A stretch of DNA of 42,988 nucleotides, from NCBI GenBank assembly GCA_020048105.1, contig JAIFMW010000111.1, forward strand, positions 1-42,988. The letters run 5' to 3'. The notes beneath the pieces are model-generated. The model made no database searches and had not been told where the DNA came from. It saw nothing but the letters and a program-made list of their open reading frames with translations. The position numbers and the translations under genes are program-made. Positions 26,521 through 37,367 of the stretch are shown here, piece after piece. The DNA is from Deltaproteobacteria bacterium (GTDB lineage Bacteria; Acidobacteriota; Holophagae; Holophagales; Holophagaceae). Numbering within the stretch: the stretch's first letter is position 1; each line of letters begins with the position of its first letter.

Positions 26521-27603
26521 TCAAATCCGGGGCGCTAGATCCAAAAGACAGAGTTCCACCGCACGGTTCGGTTTGGCGCGCGAGAGTTCCCGACGTTGGG
26601 CGAGATCGCCCATCAAACGCATCAGTTCGGCCAGCAGCCTCGCCTGAAAGTCGGGGCCCTGTTCCACAACCACGGCCTGCCCGTCCTGGGCCATGGCCCG
26701 TGCGTTTTGCCGCTGATGGTCTCCGGCACTGGCGGGAAAAGGCACCAGGATCGCCGGGCGACCACAGGCCTTCAGTTCCGCGCAAGTGCTGGCGCCCGAG
26801 CGAGAGATCACCACACTGGCCGCCTCCAATTCGGTGGCCATCGACTCCAAAAAGGGCGCCAGGCGATGCCGCGCGTCATGCTCGCGCTTGGTTAATTCCT
26901 CGAAATCCCGCACTCCGGTCTGATGCACAACTTCCCAATCGGGAAAGCGCTCCAAGAGTTGTGGCGCCAGCCCCATAAGAGCCTCGTTCAAAGGGCGGGC
27001 CCCGCCGCTGCCACCCAACACCAGCAATCGATAGGGAGGCTGAAGCACATCAACCCCTGCAAATTCCCGCAGAAAATCTTCCCGCACGGGCGTTCCCACG
27101 AATCGGCAGCGCGCCCGAGGCAGCCTGCTCTCTGCCGCCGCCATGCCGCACCAGACCCGCTCCGCTCCCGGGGCCAAGAGGCGAATCAGCCAGCCGGGCT
27201 CGGCGTTGGATTCATGTAAAAAGTAGGGAATGCCCATGGAGCGAGCGGCAAAGAGGGCCGGTGCCGAAGCGTAGCCCCCCGTGGCGATGACGGCCCGCGG
27301 ACGCTGAAGCTTCCACTGAGCTCGCAGTTCGGCCATCGCTCGCCAAAGCTTCCCCATGCTTTTCACCACCCGAAGGGGCGAACGTCCAAGGAATCCTTCC
27401 ACATCCAAAAGCAAATAGGGCCAGCCGCTCTCGGGAAGCTTACCGGCTTCGATGCCGCGCTTGGCACCCACGAATACGATGGGAAGTTCAGCCCAGCGCA
27501 GCTTGGCACCTTGAGCCAGCGCCAGCGCCGGGAAGTAATGCCCGCCAGTACCGCCACCGGTAAGCACCAAAGCGTTCGAGAAATCCGGATCGATAGACAT
27601 CAT
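26521..27603 (-). CDS. murG: Lipid I GlcNAc transferase MurG
   Basis: GGGTGGH, GGYAS, HESN, GGSGGA, RSGAST, HQRQNA. Confidence 0.95.
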   Translation of the reverse strand: MMSIDPDFSNALVLTGGGTGGHYFPALALAQGAKLRWAELPIVFVGAKRGIEAGKLPESGWPYLLLDVEGFLGRSPLRVVKSMGKLWRAMAELRAQWKLQRPRAVIATGGYASAPALFAARSMGIPYFLHESNAEPGWLIRLLAPGAERVWCGMAAAESRLPRARCRFVGTPVREDFLREFAGVDVLQPPYRLLVLGGSGGARPLNEALMGLAPQLLERFPDWEVVHQTGVRDFEELTKREHDARHRLAPFLESMATELEAASVVISRSGASTCAELKACGRPAILVPFPASAGDHQRQNARAMAQDGQAVVVEQGPDFQARLLAELMRLMGDLAQRRELSRAKPNRAVELCLLDLAPRI

Positions 27604-27704
27604 CCTTTCAGGCTACTCGCCCGCGCTTCTCAGCGGAATCCAGAGTCCGAGGTTAGAATCATCGGCTACGCCGTCCCCAAAAGGCGGCTTCGAATGGAGT
27701 CCAC

Positions 27705-28454
27705 ATGAAGATCCTGGTCGCCCTCAAGCAGGTGCCCGACACCGAAACAAAAATCAAAGTAGCCGCGGGCGGAACCAGCCTGGACCCAGCCGACGTCAAG
27801 TGGATCACTAGTCCCTACGACGAATACGCCCTGGAAGAAGGCCTGCGCCTGAAGGAAGCCAAGGGCGCGGAAGTGACAACCGTTTCCGTAGGCGAAGAGA
27901 AAGCCAAAGATGTGCTGCGGAATTCATTGGCCCTGGGCGCCGACAACGCTGTGCTGCTGAAATCCACCGAGACCGGCGATCCCCTGGCCGTGGCCAAGAT
28001 CCTGGCGGCCTATGCCGAAGGCAAGGGCTTCGATCTGGTGCTCTTCGGCAACAAGGGCTTCGGCTCCGATAACGGTGCGGTAGGCGCCATGGTCGCCGAA
28101 TTGCTGGGAATCTCCCAAGCCAACCTCGTCACCAAGCTGGAAGTGAGTGAAAGCACCTTCCGCGCCGAACGCGAAGGCGACGGTGGCACGGAAGTGGTCG
28201 AAGGCACCCTGCCCGCCGTGATCACAGCACAGCGTGGCCTCAACGAGCCTCGCTACGCCAGTCTGAAGGGCATCATGGCCGCCAAGAAAAAGACCATCGA
28301 AGAAGTGGATGGTGCCGCCGTCACGGCCGCCATGGCTGTGAGCGCCCTCACCCTTCCGCCCGCCCGACCCGAAGGCCGGAAACTTGATGGTGACGCCGCC
28401 ACCCAGGCTCAAACACTCCTGGGCCTGCTGCGCGACGAAGCCAAGGTTCTGTAA
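27705..28454 (+). CDS. etfB: Electron transfer flavoprotein beta subunit
   Basis: KQVPDT, PYDEYALEE, NEPRYASLKGIM.AKKK. Confidence 0.95.
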   Translation: MKILVALKQVPDTETKIKVAAGGTSLDPADVKWITSPYDEYALEEGLRLKEAKGAEVTTVSVGEEKAKDVLRNSLALGADNAVLLKSTETGDPLAVAKILAAYAEGKGFDLVLFGNKGFGSDNGAVGAMVAELLGISQANLVTKLEVSESTFRAEREGDGGTEVVEGTLPAVITAQRGLNEPRYASLKGIMAAKKKTIEEVDGAAVTAAMAVSALTLPPARPEGRKLDGDAATQAQTLLGLLRDEAKVL

Positions 28455-28485
28455 TTATCGACCAACGTGAATTGAGGGGATAACG

Positions 28486-29448
28486 ATGATTCTGGTTTTT
28501 TGTGAACTCAAAGATGGCAAGATCCGCAAAGCAAGCCTGGAAGCGCTTTCCGAGGCACGCAAGCTCTCCGGCGAGGCACCCGTGGCCGCCCTGTTCGTGG
28601 GCGCTTCCTGTGCCGGTTCCAGTGATGCCGCCGCCTTCGGCGCCGATGCCATCATCAAGGTGGAAGGCCCCGCTCTCGGTGCCTATTCCAGCGATCTGTT
28701 TGCCGCCGTCATTGCCGATGCGGTGAAGGCCAAGGGCGCAACCGCCCTCCTGGGCGCCGCGACGCCCCTGGGCAAGGATGTGCTGCCCCGCGTGGCCGCC
28801 AAGCTCGACGCGGGCTACGCCGCCGAAGTGACCAGCCTCGCGCTGGTGGGTGGAAAGCTCCAGGCCATTCGCCCCGTGTATGCGGGCAAGGCCTTTGCCA
28901 CGGTGGATTTCACCAGCGGCATCCAGGTGGCCAGCACCCGGCCCAATGTCTTCTCGGCGACCGAATGCCCCAAGGCCGGCGCCGTGGAAACCCTGCCCGT
29001 GCCTGCGGTGGACTTCAAGGCCATCGTGAAGGAAATCCTCGCCAAGGGCGGCGGCAAGCAGGATCTCACCGAGGCCGACGTGATCGTTGCTGGTGGCCGT
29101 GGACTGAAGGAAGGCGCCAACTTCAAGCTGCTCGAAGATCTGGCGGACGCCATCGGTGGCGTGGTGGGTGCTAGCCGAGCCGCCGTGGATGCGGGCTGGG
29201 GCATTCCCCATAGCATGCAGGTGGGACAGACCGGCAAGGTCGTGAGCCCCACGCTCTACATTGCCTGCGGCATCAGCGGCGCCATTCAGCACGTCGCCGG
29301 CATGAGCGGCTCCAAGGTCATCGTCGCCATCAACAAGGATCCCGAAGCGCCGATCTTCAAGTTGGCGAACTATGGGATTGTGGGTGATCTCTTCGAGGTC
29401 CTCCCAGAGTTAACCAAGGCCGCGAAAGCCCTGTCCCTCGCCAAATAA
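28486..29448 (+). CDS. etfA: Electron transfer flavoprotein alpha subunit
   Basis: [35 protein letters not shown]. Confidence 0.95.
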   Translation: MILVFCELKDGKIRKASLEALSEARKLSGEAPVAALFVGASCAGSSDAAAFGADAIIKVEGPALGAYSSDLFAAVIADAVKAKGATALLGAATPLGKDVLPRVAAKLDAGYAAEVTSLALVGGKLQAIRPVYAGKAFATVDFTSGIQVASTRPNVFSATECPKAGAVETLPVPAVDFKAIVKEILAKGGGKQDLTEADVIVAGGRGLKEGANFKLLEDLADAIGGVVGASRAAVDAGWGIPHSMQVGQTGKVVSPTLYIACGISGAIQHVAGMSGSKVIVAINKDPEAPIFKLANYGIVGDLFEVLPELTKAAKALSLAK

Positions 29449-29458
29449 TTCCCCCTTC

Positions 29459-29493
29459 CAAAACGAGTCCCGGCAATGCCGGGACTCGTTTTG
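29459..29493. terminator. Bidirectional Rho-independent terminator
   Basis: caaaacgagtcccggca-a-tgccgggactcgttttg perfect inverted repeat between convergent genes. Confidence 0.88.
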
Positions 29494-29505
29494 TACCGAG
29501 AAAAA

Positions 29506-29730
29506 TCAAACGGGCTCAAAGCCTTCGGAATAAAGATAATCCCGAGCATCTTCGGGATCGCCGAAGCGGGCGATGATTTCCACGCCTTCGCGGGCATCCC
29601 CATCGGCTACATCCAAACTGGAGAGGCCTTCCCGAATGATGCAAGCGCCGCCGATTTCATCGAGGCCGAGTTGCACCAATTCCCATGTCACGCCATGCTC
29701 GTCGTGCCAGACTTCGACCCGCATGCTCAC
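29506..29730 (-). CDS. Small acidic hypothetical protein (72-74 aa)
   Basis: Abuts the upstream stop and ends just before the terminator; protein-like composition. Confidence 0.6.
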   Translation of the reverse strand: MSMRVEVWHDEHGVTWELVQLGLDEIGGACIIREGLSSLDVADGDAREGVEIIARFGDPEDARDYLYSEGFEPV

Positions 29731-30453
29731 CTAGGTGGCCTTCTCGAAGAAGAGAACGACCATGCCGAAACCCACGCGATCACCGGGTTTCAGTTCGCGC
29801 GCATCGCCCGGGGCCAAGCGATCACCCTTGATGTAGGTGCCATTGGCCACGCCGTGTTCTTCCACCAGGAAGTAGCGGTTGTGCTCGCAGAGCACACGGG
29901 CATGGCGACGCGAGATGCTGAGCTGAGGATCTTCGTCGGTGAGGTCGATATCGGGATGAATCCCGGTGTTGGGATCGAAGCGGCCCACCAAGGCGCCATG
30001 GGCCGTGATCGGAAATTTTTTACCGGAAACGACGGAGACCAGGGCAGTGTTGGTCGGCACCGCGCGATTGCGGGTTCGTCCGCCTTCGGAATCGGTGCGG
30101 CTACCAAGCTCACGATTGCGCTGGGCCAAACGCTGCATCATTTTCACGGAGACTTCCGGGTTCTGGCGGATCATGCGCAGAAACGTGCCCCTGGAAATGG
30201 CGATGAGATCCGTGTCCTCTAGCGCCACCACGGTATTGCCGCGAGGGATCGGCTCCAGCAGACTGCCTTCCCCAAAGAAATCCCCCTTGGAGAGTTCCTC
30301 GGACCAATCACCGACCGGCTCTTGGCCCACATATAGCCGCACTTTTCCGGAAAGTAGGATGTACATCTGCTGGGCCATTTCGCCCTTGCGATACACAACT
30401 TCGCCCTCGCTGAAGCGAAGTCGGCTTTGCTCGATAAAACTCGAATCGGTCAT
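29731..30453 (-). CDS. cNMP-binding plus FHA domain protein
   Basis: GDFFGEGSLL..PR (cNMP); VGR, ISRRHA, NGTYI, LKPGDRV (FHA). Confidence 0.88.
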   Translation of the reverse strand: MTDSSFIEQSRLRFSEGEVVYRKGEMAQQMYILLSGKVRLYVGQEPVGDWSEELSKGDFFGEGSLLEPIPRGNTVVALEDTDLIAISRGTFLRMIRQNPEVSVKMMQRLAQRNRELGSRTDSEGGRTRNRAVPTNTALVSVVSGKKFPITAHGALVGRFDPNTGIHPDIDLTDEDPQLSISRRHARVLCEHNRYFLVEEHGVANGTYIKGDRLAPGDARELKPGDRVGFGMVVLFFEKAT

Positions 30454-30552
30454 GTGGGGTTTCCAAAGCTGGATTAACCATACCCTGCTCTGCGGCCGGA
30501 GGAAATGAGGCATCGAGGCGTGCCTTTTTGCCGAGTGGGCTATTCTCAATGA

Positions 30553-31578
30553 ATGCGCCTACTTCGCTGGATCCTTGCCCCTTTATCGCCCCTGTACGGC
30601 GCTGCGATCCGGGTACGCAACCGGGCCTTTGATGCCCACCCTGAGCGCGCCACCCAACTACCCGTGCCGGTGATTTCCATTGGCAATCTCAGCAGTGGCG
30701 GCACCGGCAAGACCCCCTTGACCCTGTATCTGGCCGAAGGCCTTCAGGCCGCAGGGTGGAGCAACGTGATTCTGTCACGTGGCTACGGGGGGCGGCGGGA
30801 TGTGGACCCCATGGATGTGGCTCCGGATTCCAACCCCTCCCAAACTGGCGACGAGCCCCTGATGATGGCCCGTCGCCTCGGCCCTGGGCGGGTGATCGTG
30901 GGCCGCAAACGAACGGTGGCGGGACTACGAGCCTTGGGGCGGAATCCGCGTTTACTGCTGCTGGATGATGGCTTTCAACATCGCGCCCTGCATCGCGATG
31001 TGGATTTGCTGCTATTGGATGGAGTGCGTCGCTGGGGCAATGGGAAAACGCTGCCTCTCGGCGATCTGCGTGAACCCATGGAATGCGCCCAGCGTGCTCA
31101 TGCCATGGTCGTGACAAGGGGTGCCCGAGCCCCCCGAGAAGAAATCCTGGCTTGGTGGCAACGCTATGGTTCTGGTGGTCCGGTGTTTTGGATCGATTTC
31201 GTCATCGGTGGCCTGCGGGCCCTTCCCGAGGGTTCTGCCCAACTTGAAACACAATCCGGACCGCTCTTTGCGTTCTGCGCCCTGGGTCATCCCGAAGCCT
31301 TTTATGCCGATTTGATCCTTGCGGGCCATCCCTGGGTGGGCTATCGCAGCTTCCGCGATCATCAAGCGATCACCAAGGGCACCCTTCAGCAGGTGGTGAG
31401 GGAAGCACGTCTCGCGGGGGCCGAGGGCTTGGTCTGCACGGAAAAAGACGCCGTCAAGCTCGGCCCGACCCATCTGGAAGCCCTCGATTTTCCCCTTTGG
31501 GTGGCGCAGCAGCAGGTGCAGGGTGCCGAACCTCTTTTGGACTTCCTGTTGGCCGCCCTCGCCCTCAAAAAGCCGTGA
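30553..31578 (+). CDS. lpxK: Tetraacyldisaccharide 4'-kinase
   Basis: IGNLSSGGTGKTP, SRGYGG, GDEP, LDDGFQH, LPLGDLREP, TEKDAVK. Confidence 0.95.
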   Translation: MRLLRWILAPLSPLYGAAIRVRNRAFDAHPERATQLPVPVISIGNLSSGGTGKTPLTLYLAEGLQAAGWSNVILSRGYGGRRDVDPMDVAPDSNPSQTGDEPLMMARRLGPGRVIVGRKRTVAGLRALGRNPRLLLLDDGFQHRALHRDVDLLLLDGVRRWGNGKTLPLGDLREPMECAQRAHAMVVTRGARAPREEILAWWQRYGSGGPVFWIDFVIGGLRALPEGSAQLETQSGPLFAFCALGHPEAFYADLILAGHPWVGYRSFRDHQAITKGTLQQVVREARLAGAEGLVCTEKDAVKLGPTHLEALDFPLWVAQQQVQGAEPLLDFLLAALALKKP

Positions 31579-32080
31579 ATTCATCCTTGTGGCGTGGTTT
31601 CACATCCTCAACGGTTTTGCCGAAGACCAGCGATAGTCCCATCAAAATCGCGCCGCAGACGATGCAGCTATCGGCGAAGTTGAAGGTCCAGTAGTGCCAG
31701 CCGAAGAAAATGAAATCGAGAAAATCCACCACTGCACCGTGGTTGATCCGGTCCAGGCCATTCCCTAAGGCACCACCAAGAATCAAGCCCAGGGCCCAAC
31801 GTTGCAGGGTTGGCGTATTCTCTTTCAAAAATTCGTAGCCAAAATAGCCAACCGCCGCGACCCCGGCCACCAGGAAAACCAAATTGCGCACCCAAGCTGG
31901 AGCCGTGGCAAACGAACCAAAAATGGCTCCAGAATTAAACCCCAGCGTCAGATAGAAGAAACCGGGGATGACCGTCATGGGCTCGTGCGGCTTCAGGTGA
32001 GCCAGCACCCAGAGCTTGCTGGACCAATCAAGCAGCAGAGCCACAGCCGGGAGCAGAAGCCAGAGAAGTCGCCGCTTCAC
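31565..32080 (-). CDS. lspA: Lipoprotein signal peptidase II
   Basis: NSGAIFG, GGALGNGLDR, VVDFLD, FNFAD; follows ileS. Confidence 0.95.
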   Translation of the reverse strand: MKRRLLWLLLPAVALLLDWSSKLWVLAHLKPHEPMTVIPGFFYLTLGFNSGAIFGSFATAPAWVRNLVFLVAGVAAVGYFGYEFLKENTPTLQRWALGLILGGALGNGLDRINHGAVVDFLDFIFFGWHYWTFNFADSCIVCGAILMGLSLVFGKTVEDVKPRHKDEFTAF

Positions 32081-34960
32081 GCGGACCTCCCATCACTGAA
32101 AACACTCCAGCACCTGGGGCAAAGATCGGCATCCTCGCCCTGCCCGCTGCCCCCGCGATGATTCCAGCAGCGAGGACATTTCGTGCCTTCGTGAGCCTGA
32201 ACTTGCACATCGAGATCAACACCATCCAAAACGATAAGGTTTGATACAACCAGGAGCTCATCGACCGCTTCGCCCAGAGCGGCAAGCACGGCGCGATCGG
32301 CCTCACCAAGGGTGAGTGTCACCACGGCATCCAGGCTGGTGCCGATGGTCTTGGCGGCGCGGTGAGGCTCCATGGCCGCCTGCACCGCTTCACGGATTTC
32401 CCAGAAACGATCCCAGGTTGCCGAAGGCTCCGCGCCTTCGACTTCGGGGAAGCGCTGTTCGAACACGCTGCCTTCCGTGCAGGGAATATTGGCCCAGGCT
32501 TCATCGGCGGTGAAGCTGATCACCGGCGCCATGAGAATCGCCAAGCCTTCAGCCAGTTTCTTGCTGACGGTGCGGCAACTGCGGCGGCGTGGGCTATCCA
32601 TGGCATCGCAGTACAACCGATCCTTGATGATTTCGAAGTAGCGTCCCGATAATTCGAGCTGACAGAACGACAGAATCGCCTGGCTGGCCGTCAGGAAATC
32701 GTAGGACAGATACGCCTCACGAACCTGCTTCGTCAAGCGCAGGAAGGCGTTCCAGATCCAGCGATCCAGGGGCGTCCACTCAGCTTCTTCCGCGTTATCT
32801 TGCGCCGGATCGAATTCCGCCAGGGTGCCCAGCAGGAAGCGCAGGGTATTGCGCATCTTGCGATAGGCATCGGCGTTGCGCTCCAGAATTTCCTTGGAGA
32901 TGCGGATGTCCTCGCTGTAATCCACGCTGGCCACCCACAGGCGCAAGATATCGGCGCCCAGGGTCTTCATGATTTCCTCCGGCGCCCAGGGTCTTCATGA
33001 TTTCCTCGGGCGTGATCACATTGCCCAGGGATTTGGACATTTTCTGCCCTTTGCCATCCAACACGAAACCGTGCGTGACAACCGTGTCGTAGGGCTTCTT
33101 GCCGCTGGCGGCCAAGTTGAAGAGCAGGGACGAATGGAACCAACCCCGATGCTGATCCGAACCTTCCAGATAGATGAAGTTGCCGTAATCCTCGGGCGTC
33201 AACTCGGGACTCGTCTGGCAGACCACCGTGGCCGAAACACCGGAATCGATCCACACATCCAGGATGTCCGTCTCTTTCTGGAAGGTGGTGGAACCGCACG
33301 CGGTGCACGTCGCACCCGCAGGTTTCAACTGCTCCAAGGGCATATCGAACCAGGCTTCGATGCCCACTTCTTCGATGGCAGCGGCGGCCTTGGTGAAGAC
33401 ATCCGCATTCACCATCGGTTCGCCGCATTCGCTGCAGCGGAGCACGGTGATCGGCGTGCCCCAGCTGCGCTGGCGCGAGATGCACCAGTCGGGACGACCA
33501 CTGATCATGGCGTGAATGCGGTTGCGGCCCTGAGCGGGCACCCATTTGGTAGCATCCACGCCGTCCAGGCCGAGTTCCCGAAGGCTCTTGCCCTTACCGG
33601 TGAGTTCATCATCCATGGTGATAAACCACTGTTCTGTGGCCCGGAAGAAAATCGGCGTCTTGGTGCGCCAGCAGTGGGGGTAGCTGTGCTGAAGGCTTTC
33701 CAGGTGCAGCAAGGCCCCAATGGCGCGGAGTTTCTCCACTACGATGGGGTTGGTGTCGAAGATATTTTTCCCTTCGAGATCTGGATCATTGACCGCCGGA
33801 ACAAAGCGGCCATCGGGCCCCACCAGCTGCAACAACCCCAGGTGATGCGCCAAGTTGAAGTCATCCACGCCATGATCGGGGGCCGTGTGCACAAGTCCAG
33901 TGCCCGTATCCGCCGTAACGTAATCGGCCAGCAGCACCGGCGATTCGCGATCCAGCCATGCATGGCGAGCCTTGAGGCTCTGGAAAGCCAATCCCTTGCG
34001 GATGCCCTTGGTATGAAGTTCCACACCGAGTTTCTTCTGGAAATCTTCCAACAGCGACACGGCCACGATGTAGTAGCGATCGACGGCCTTCACCACGGCA
34101 TATTCCATATCGGGATGCATGGCGATGGCCAAATTGCTGGGCAGCGTCCAGGGTGTGGTGGTCCAGATGGGCAAGTAGAGGGGCGTGGGCAGATCGAGGT
34201 GCCGGGCTTCCTCATCGGAAACCGGGAAGGCCACCGTGATGGCAGGGCTGGTCTTATCCGCGTGTTCGACTTCGGCCTCGGCCAAAGCGGTGCGGGCACC
34301 ATAGCTCCAATGCACCACCTTCAGCTTGCGACGCACCGAACCGCTTTCGAACAGCTCGCCGAGCAGCCGCACCACGGCGGCTTCGTACTTGGGCTCCATG
34401 GTGACGTAGGGCGCGTCCCAGGCCCCCAGGACGCCGAGTCGCTGAAAACCGGTGCGCTGCGTATCGATCCATTTCGAAGCGTAGGCGCGGCATTTGGCCA
34501 GGAATTCCGAGCGGGGCATTTCGCGACGCTTGGGCCCGAGATCCTTTTCCACCGCATGTTCGATGGGCAGCCCGTGGCAATCCCAGCCGGGAATGTAGGG
34601 CGATTCGTAGCCATCCAGCCACAGGGATTTGACCACCATATCTTTGAGGATCTTGTTCAGGGCGTGGCCGATGTGAATGGCGCCATTGGCGTAGGGTGGG
34701 CCGTCATGCAGGATGCGGCGTCCCTTGCCCTTGCCTGCGGCATTATCGGCGCGACGCTTGGCTTCGACCCGCTCGTAGAGTTTTTCGCTCTTCCACAGTT
34801 CCAAGCGTTTGGGCTCGCGCTGCGGCAGATCCGCCTTCATCGGCAAATCCGTGCGGGGAAGGAAGACCGAATATTTCTTCTTCGCGGCCTTCGGCGCGTC
34901 CGCAGCGATCTCGCCGCCGCCCTGATGGGCAGGAATAGGGGTATTCGTCACGTCGCTCAT
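32077..34960 (-). CDS. ileS: Isoleucyl-tRNA synthetase (IleRS1), frameshifted into two ORFs as given
   Basis: HDGPPYANG.IHIGH, GWDCHGLPIE, WTTTPWT, DWCISRQR, KMSKS, C-terminal CPRCW..CPRC; removing one 28-bp copy gives a 951-aa ORF. Confidence 0.93.
32952..33007. repeat. Exact 28-bp tandem duplication inside ileS
   Basis: cggcgcccagggtcttcatgatttcctc x2 (32952-32979, 32980-33007). Confidence 0.97.
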
Positions 34961-35067
34961 GGCGCCCTCGTGCGCTGGGAGGTCCGCACAAGGACCCCGG
35001 AGTTGATCTATCAGACTACCCGGGGACATGGAATCTTGCGAAGCCTGAACCCTGCCACACTCGCCTC

Positions 35068-35781
35068 ATGGATTGGTTTGCGCGCGACTTCGATCATCCC
35101 CTCTACTTTCGTATTTATGCCGATAAAGAGGCGGAGGCTGCCCTGGAAGGCCCTGCCCTTGCGGATTTGCTCGATCTTCCCGTGGGTAGTTCCGTCCTGG
35201 ACTTACCTTGCGGCTGGGGGCGTCTCCAACCGGCATTGGAGGATCGTGGCCTTTGTGTGATCGGGGGGGATCTCAGTGCCTTGAACCTTGAACGCCACGC
35301 AAGGGAATACCCTGCCCCCCTGGTGCGACTGGATTTCCGCGCCCTGCCCTTCCGTGAAGCCTGCGTCGATGGCGTTTTCTGCGCCTTTACGAGCTGGGGT
35401 TATTTCGCCTCGGACGCCGAGAATTTGACCCAATTGCGGGAATTCGCGCGGGTGTTGAAACCGAGGGGCGTTCTTCTGCTCGACCTTACCGGGCATGATT
35501 TCTTGAAAAATGCTTCAGCATCCATCGAAAACACCTGGTTCCCCACCCCAGCGGGCTATCGCGAACGGGTTCGCTGGAGCCCCGACCGACGCCGCATCTG
35601 GACCGATCGCATCATGGATGGGGAACGCTTCCGGCACGACATTTGGATCCCAACTGGGAATGAGGTGCTGGAGTTCCTCGCACAGGCGGGCTTTGGATTG
35701 GATCAGGTTTGGAGCGGGTTGGATGGCAGACCGTGGCACCCCGAAGCGGACCGCTGGATCTATCGAGCCATCAGAATTTAA
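35068..35781 (+). CDS. Class I SAM-dependent methyltransferase
   Basis: VLDLPCGWGR, D.RALPF, FTSWGYF, LKPRG. Confidence 0.88.
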   Translation: MDWFARDFDHPLYFRIYADKEAEAALEGPALADLLDLPVGSSVLDLPCGWGRLQPALEDRGLCVIGGDLSALNLERHAREYPAPLVRLDFRALPFREACVDGVFCAFTSWGYFASDAENLTQLREFARVLKPRGVLLLDLTGHDFLKNASASIENTWFPTPAGYRERVRWSPDRRRIWTDRIMDGERFRHDIWIPTGNEVLEFLAQAGFGLDQVWSGLDGRPWHPEADRWIYRAIRI

Positions 35782-36973
35782 TCTCGGATACTTCGCTTTT
35801 CTCGGACAAAGGGGTCCCCCCGGATTGCACACCCCGAGTGACCATTAAATAGGCCGCAAAGCCCAATCCGATGACTCCAAAGGCCCAGCGCGTGCCAAAC
35901 ACATCGATGAGCAGCCCTCCCACCAGTGGCCCCATCACCATGCCGATGGAATAGGCAATGTTCAGGATGGAAAACCCAGAGGCAAAGCTCTGACTATTCA
36001 GGCGCTCGACCTGGTCCGCCACCGCAGGGCTGCAGGGACTAACGATAAAGCTCAGGTTCAAGCCCAGGGCGGCCATGGCGAGCCCCACGGTCCAGACGCT
36101 TGGCATTAGGACGGGAAGAGGCAACAGAAACAAGGCTGTCACGAGGCCGATTCGCAGGACCCTCACCCGGCCCACCCGATCCGAAATGGCTCCCATCCAG
36201 GGACTGCTGAGGGTGTGCGCCAGGGCGGCAATGCCGAATAGAAATCCGATGCTGCGCGGTCCCAGGGCAAGGCGTTTGGCAAAATCCAACGGTAGGGCCG
36301 ATTCCATTAGGGTCCAGAAACCCGAGCCCAGGGCTAAGGCCCCTGCGAATACGAGCACCACCCGATTGCGCAGCAGAACTCTCCAGGGAATCGGAGGTTC
36401 GCGGATGGCCTGGGTTTCCTTGAGCAAAAAGGCTCGACCCAACGCATCCAGCGCCACCAGTGCGATGCCTACATGAAAGGGGGCCATGCGGCCAAAGTAG
36501 TGATCCAAAAAACCAGATAGGGGCGGCCCGACGAGAAGCCCAAGGTTGGCCCCGGCGAAAACCGTGCCCATGGCGCTGCCTCTGGATTCTTTGGGGAAGT
36601 GATCTGCCACCAAGGCCATGCCGGGCAACCACGTGGCGGCTCCAGCCACACCCTGGAGCACCCGCGCCACCAAGAGCACCTCATAGCTGCGGCTATAGGC
36701 AAAGGCCAGAGTCGCGAAGGCCAATCCCCCCAAACCCCAAAGCATGGGCGCCTTGCGCCCGTAGCGATCCGTGAGTCGGGCCACCGGAAAGGTCGCCAAG
36801 AGCAGCGCCAGCGCATAGCTCCAGAAGAGCACACCGACCTGTGACTGCGTGAGCTGTAGCTCCTTGGCGTACCTCGGCAACAAGGGCACTAGCAAACAGT
36901 AGAGAAGCGTATCTACGAAAAAAGCGAGGGCCGTGACGGCCAATGCAAAGTGTCTCGGTTGAAGTCGTCCCAT
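35771..36973 (-). CDS. MFS transporter
   Basis: About 12 TM segments; RLTDRYGRK, ARVLQG, ISDRVGR. Confidence 0.9.
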   Translation of the reverse strand: MGRLQPRHFALAVTALAFFVDTLLYCLLVPLLPRYAKELQLTQSQVGVLFWSYALALLLATFPVARLTDRYGRKAPMLWGLGGLAFATLAFAYSRSYEVLLVARVLQGVAGAATWLPGMALVADHFPKESRGSAMGTVFAGANLGLLVGPPLSGFLDHYFGRMAPFHVGIALVALDALGRAFLLKETQAIREPPIPWRVLLRNRVVLVFAGALALGSGFWTLMESALPLDFAKRLALGPRSIGFLFGIAALAHTLSSPWMGAISDRVGRVRVLRIGLVTALFLLPLPVLMPSVWTVGLAMAALGLNLSFIVSPCSPAVADQVERLNSQSFASGFSILNIAYSIGMVMGPLVGGLLIDVFGTRWAFGVIGLGFAAYLMVTRGVQSGGTPLSEKSEVSEIKF

Positions 36974-37064
36974 AAATTTAGATTACGAGGAACCAAGTTA
37001 AACCCGGCATCACTACCTTCGTAGCCCCAGTTAGTTCATCCATTTTGGAGGCATCGAGGTCGTC

Positions 37065-37367
37065 ATGGGAACCTTGGACCTAGGCTTGGATCTGCACACC
37101 GAGGATCGCCTCGACGCCTTGCTCCTGCTCCTTCGGGAAGCCGACCCGACGTTTCCTTGGGATCGCCAGGAAGTCCTGCGACGGGTCTTGGATCAAGGCT
37201 TGCGAATGATGCTCGCGGAAATGCTGATGAATGGCCGCCGCCGCAGCAATGCGCGGGAGGGTTCAGCCAAGAATCGGGTGATGAAGCGCGATACCACTCA
37301 GGACTCGCCCCTGCTGATACGGGGGCTCATCCACGCAGATGCGAAGCAGGGCCTCGGCGACTTTTGA
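37065..37367 (+). CDS. Hypothetical protein, possible ribbon-helix-helix fold
   Basis: SD gaggt; fills a gap; 3' end overlaps the convergent gene by 105 bp. Confidence 0.45.
   Translation: MGTLDLGLDLHTEDRLDALLLLLREADPTFPWDRQEVLRRVLDQGLRMMLAEMLMNGRRRSNAREGSAKNRVMKRDTTQDSPLLIRGLIHADAKQGLGDF

Noticed and set aside
34961..35067. T-box leader for ileS
   Set aside because: Only about 107 bp shared with a divergent gene; no T-box motif or terminator seen
32969..35260. 763-aa plus-strand ORF
   Set aside because: Antisense shadow of ileS, common in GC-rich DNA; no motifs
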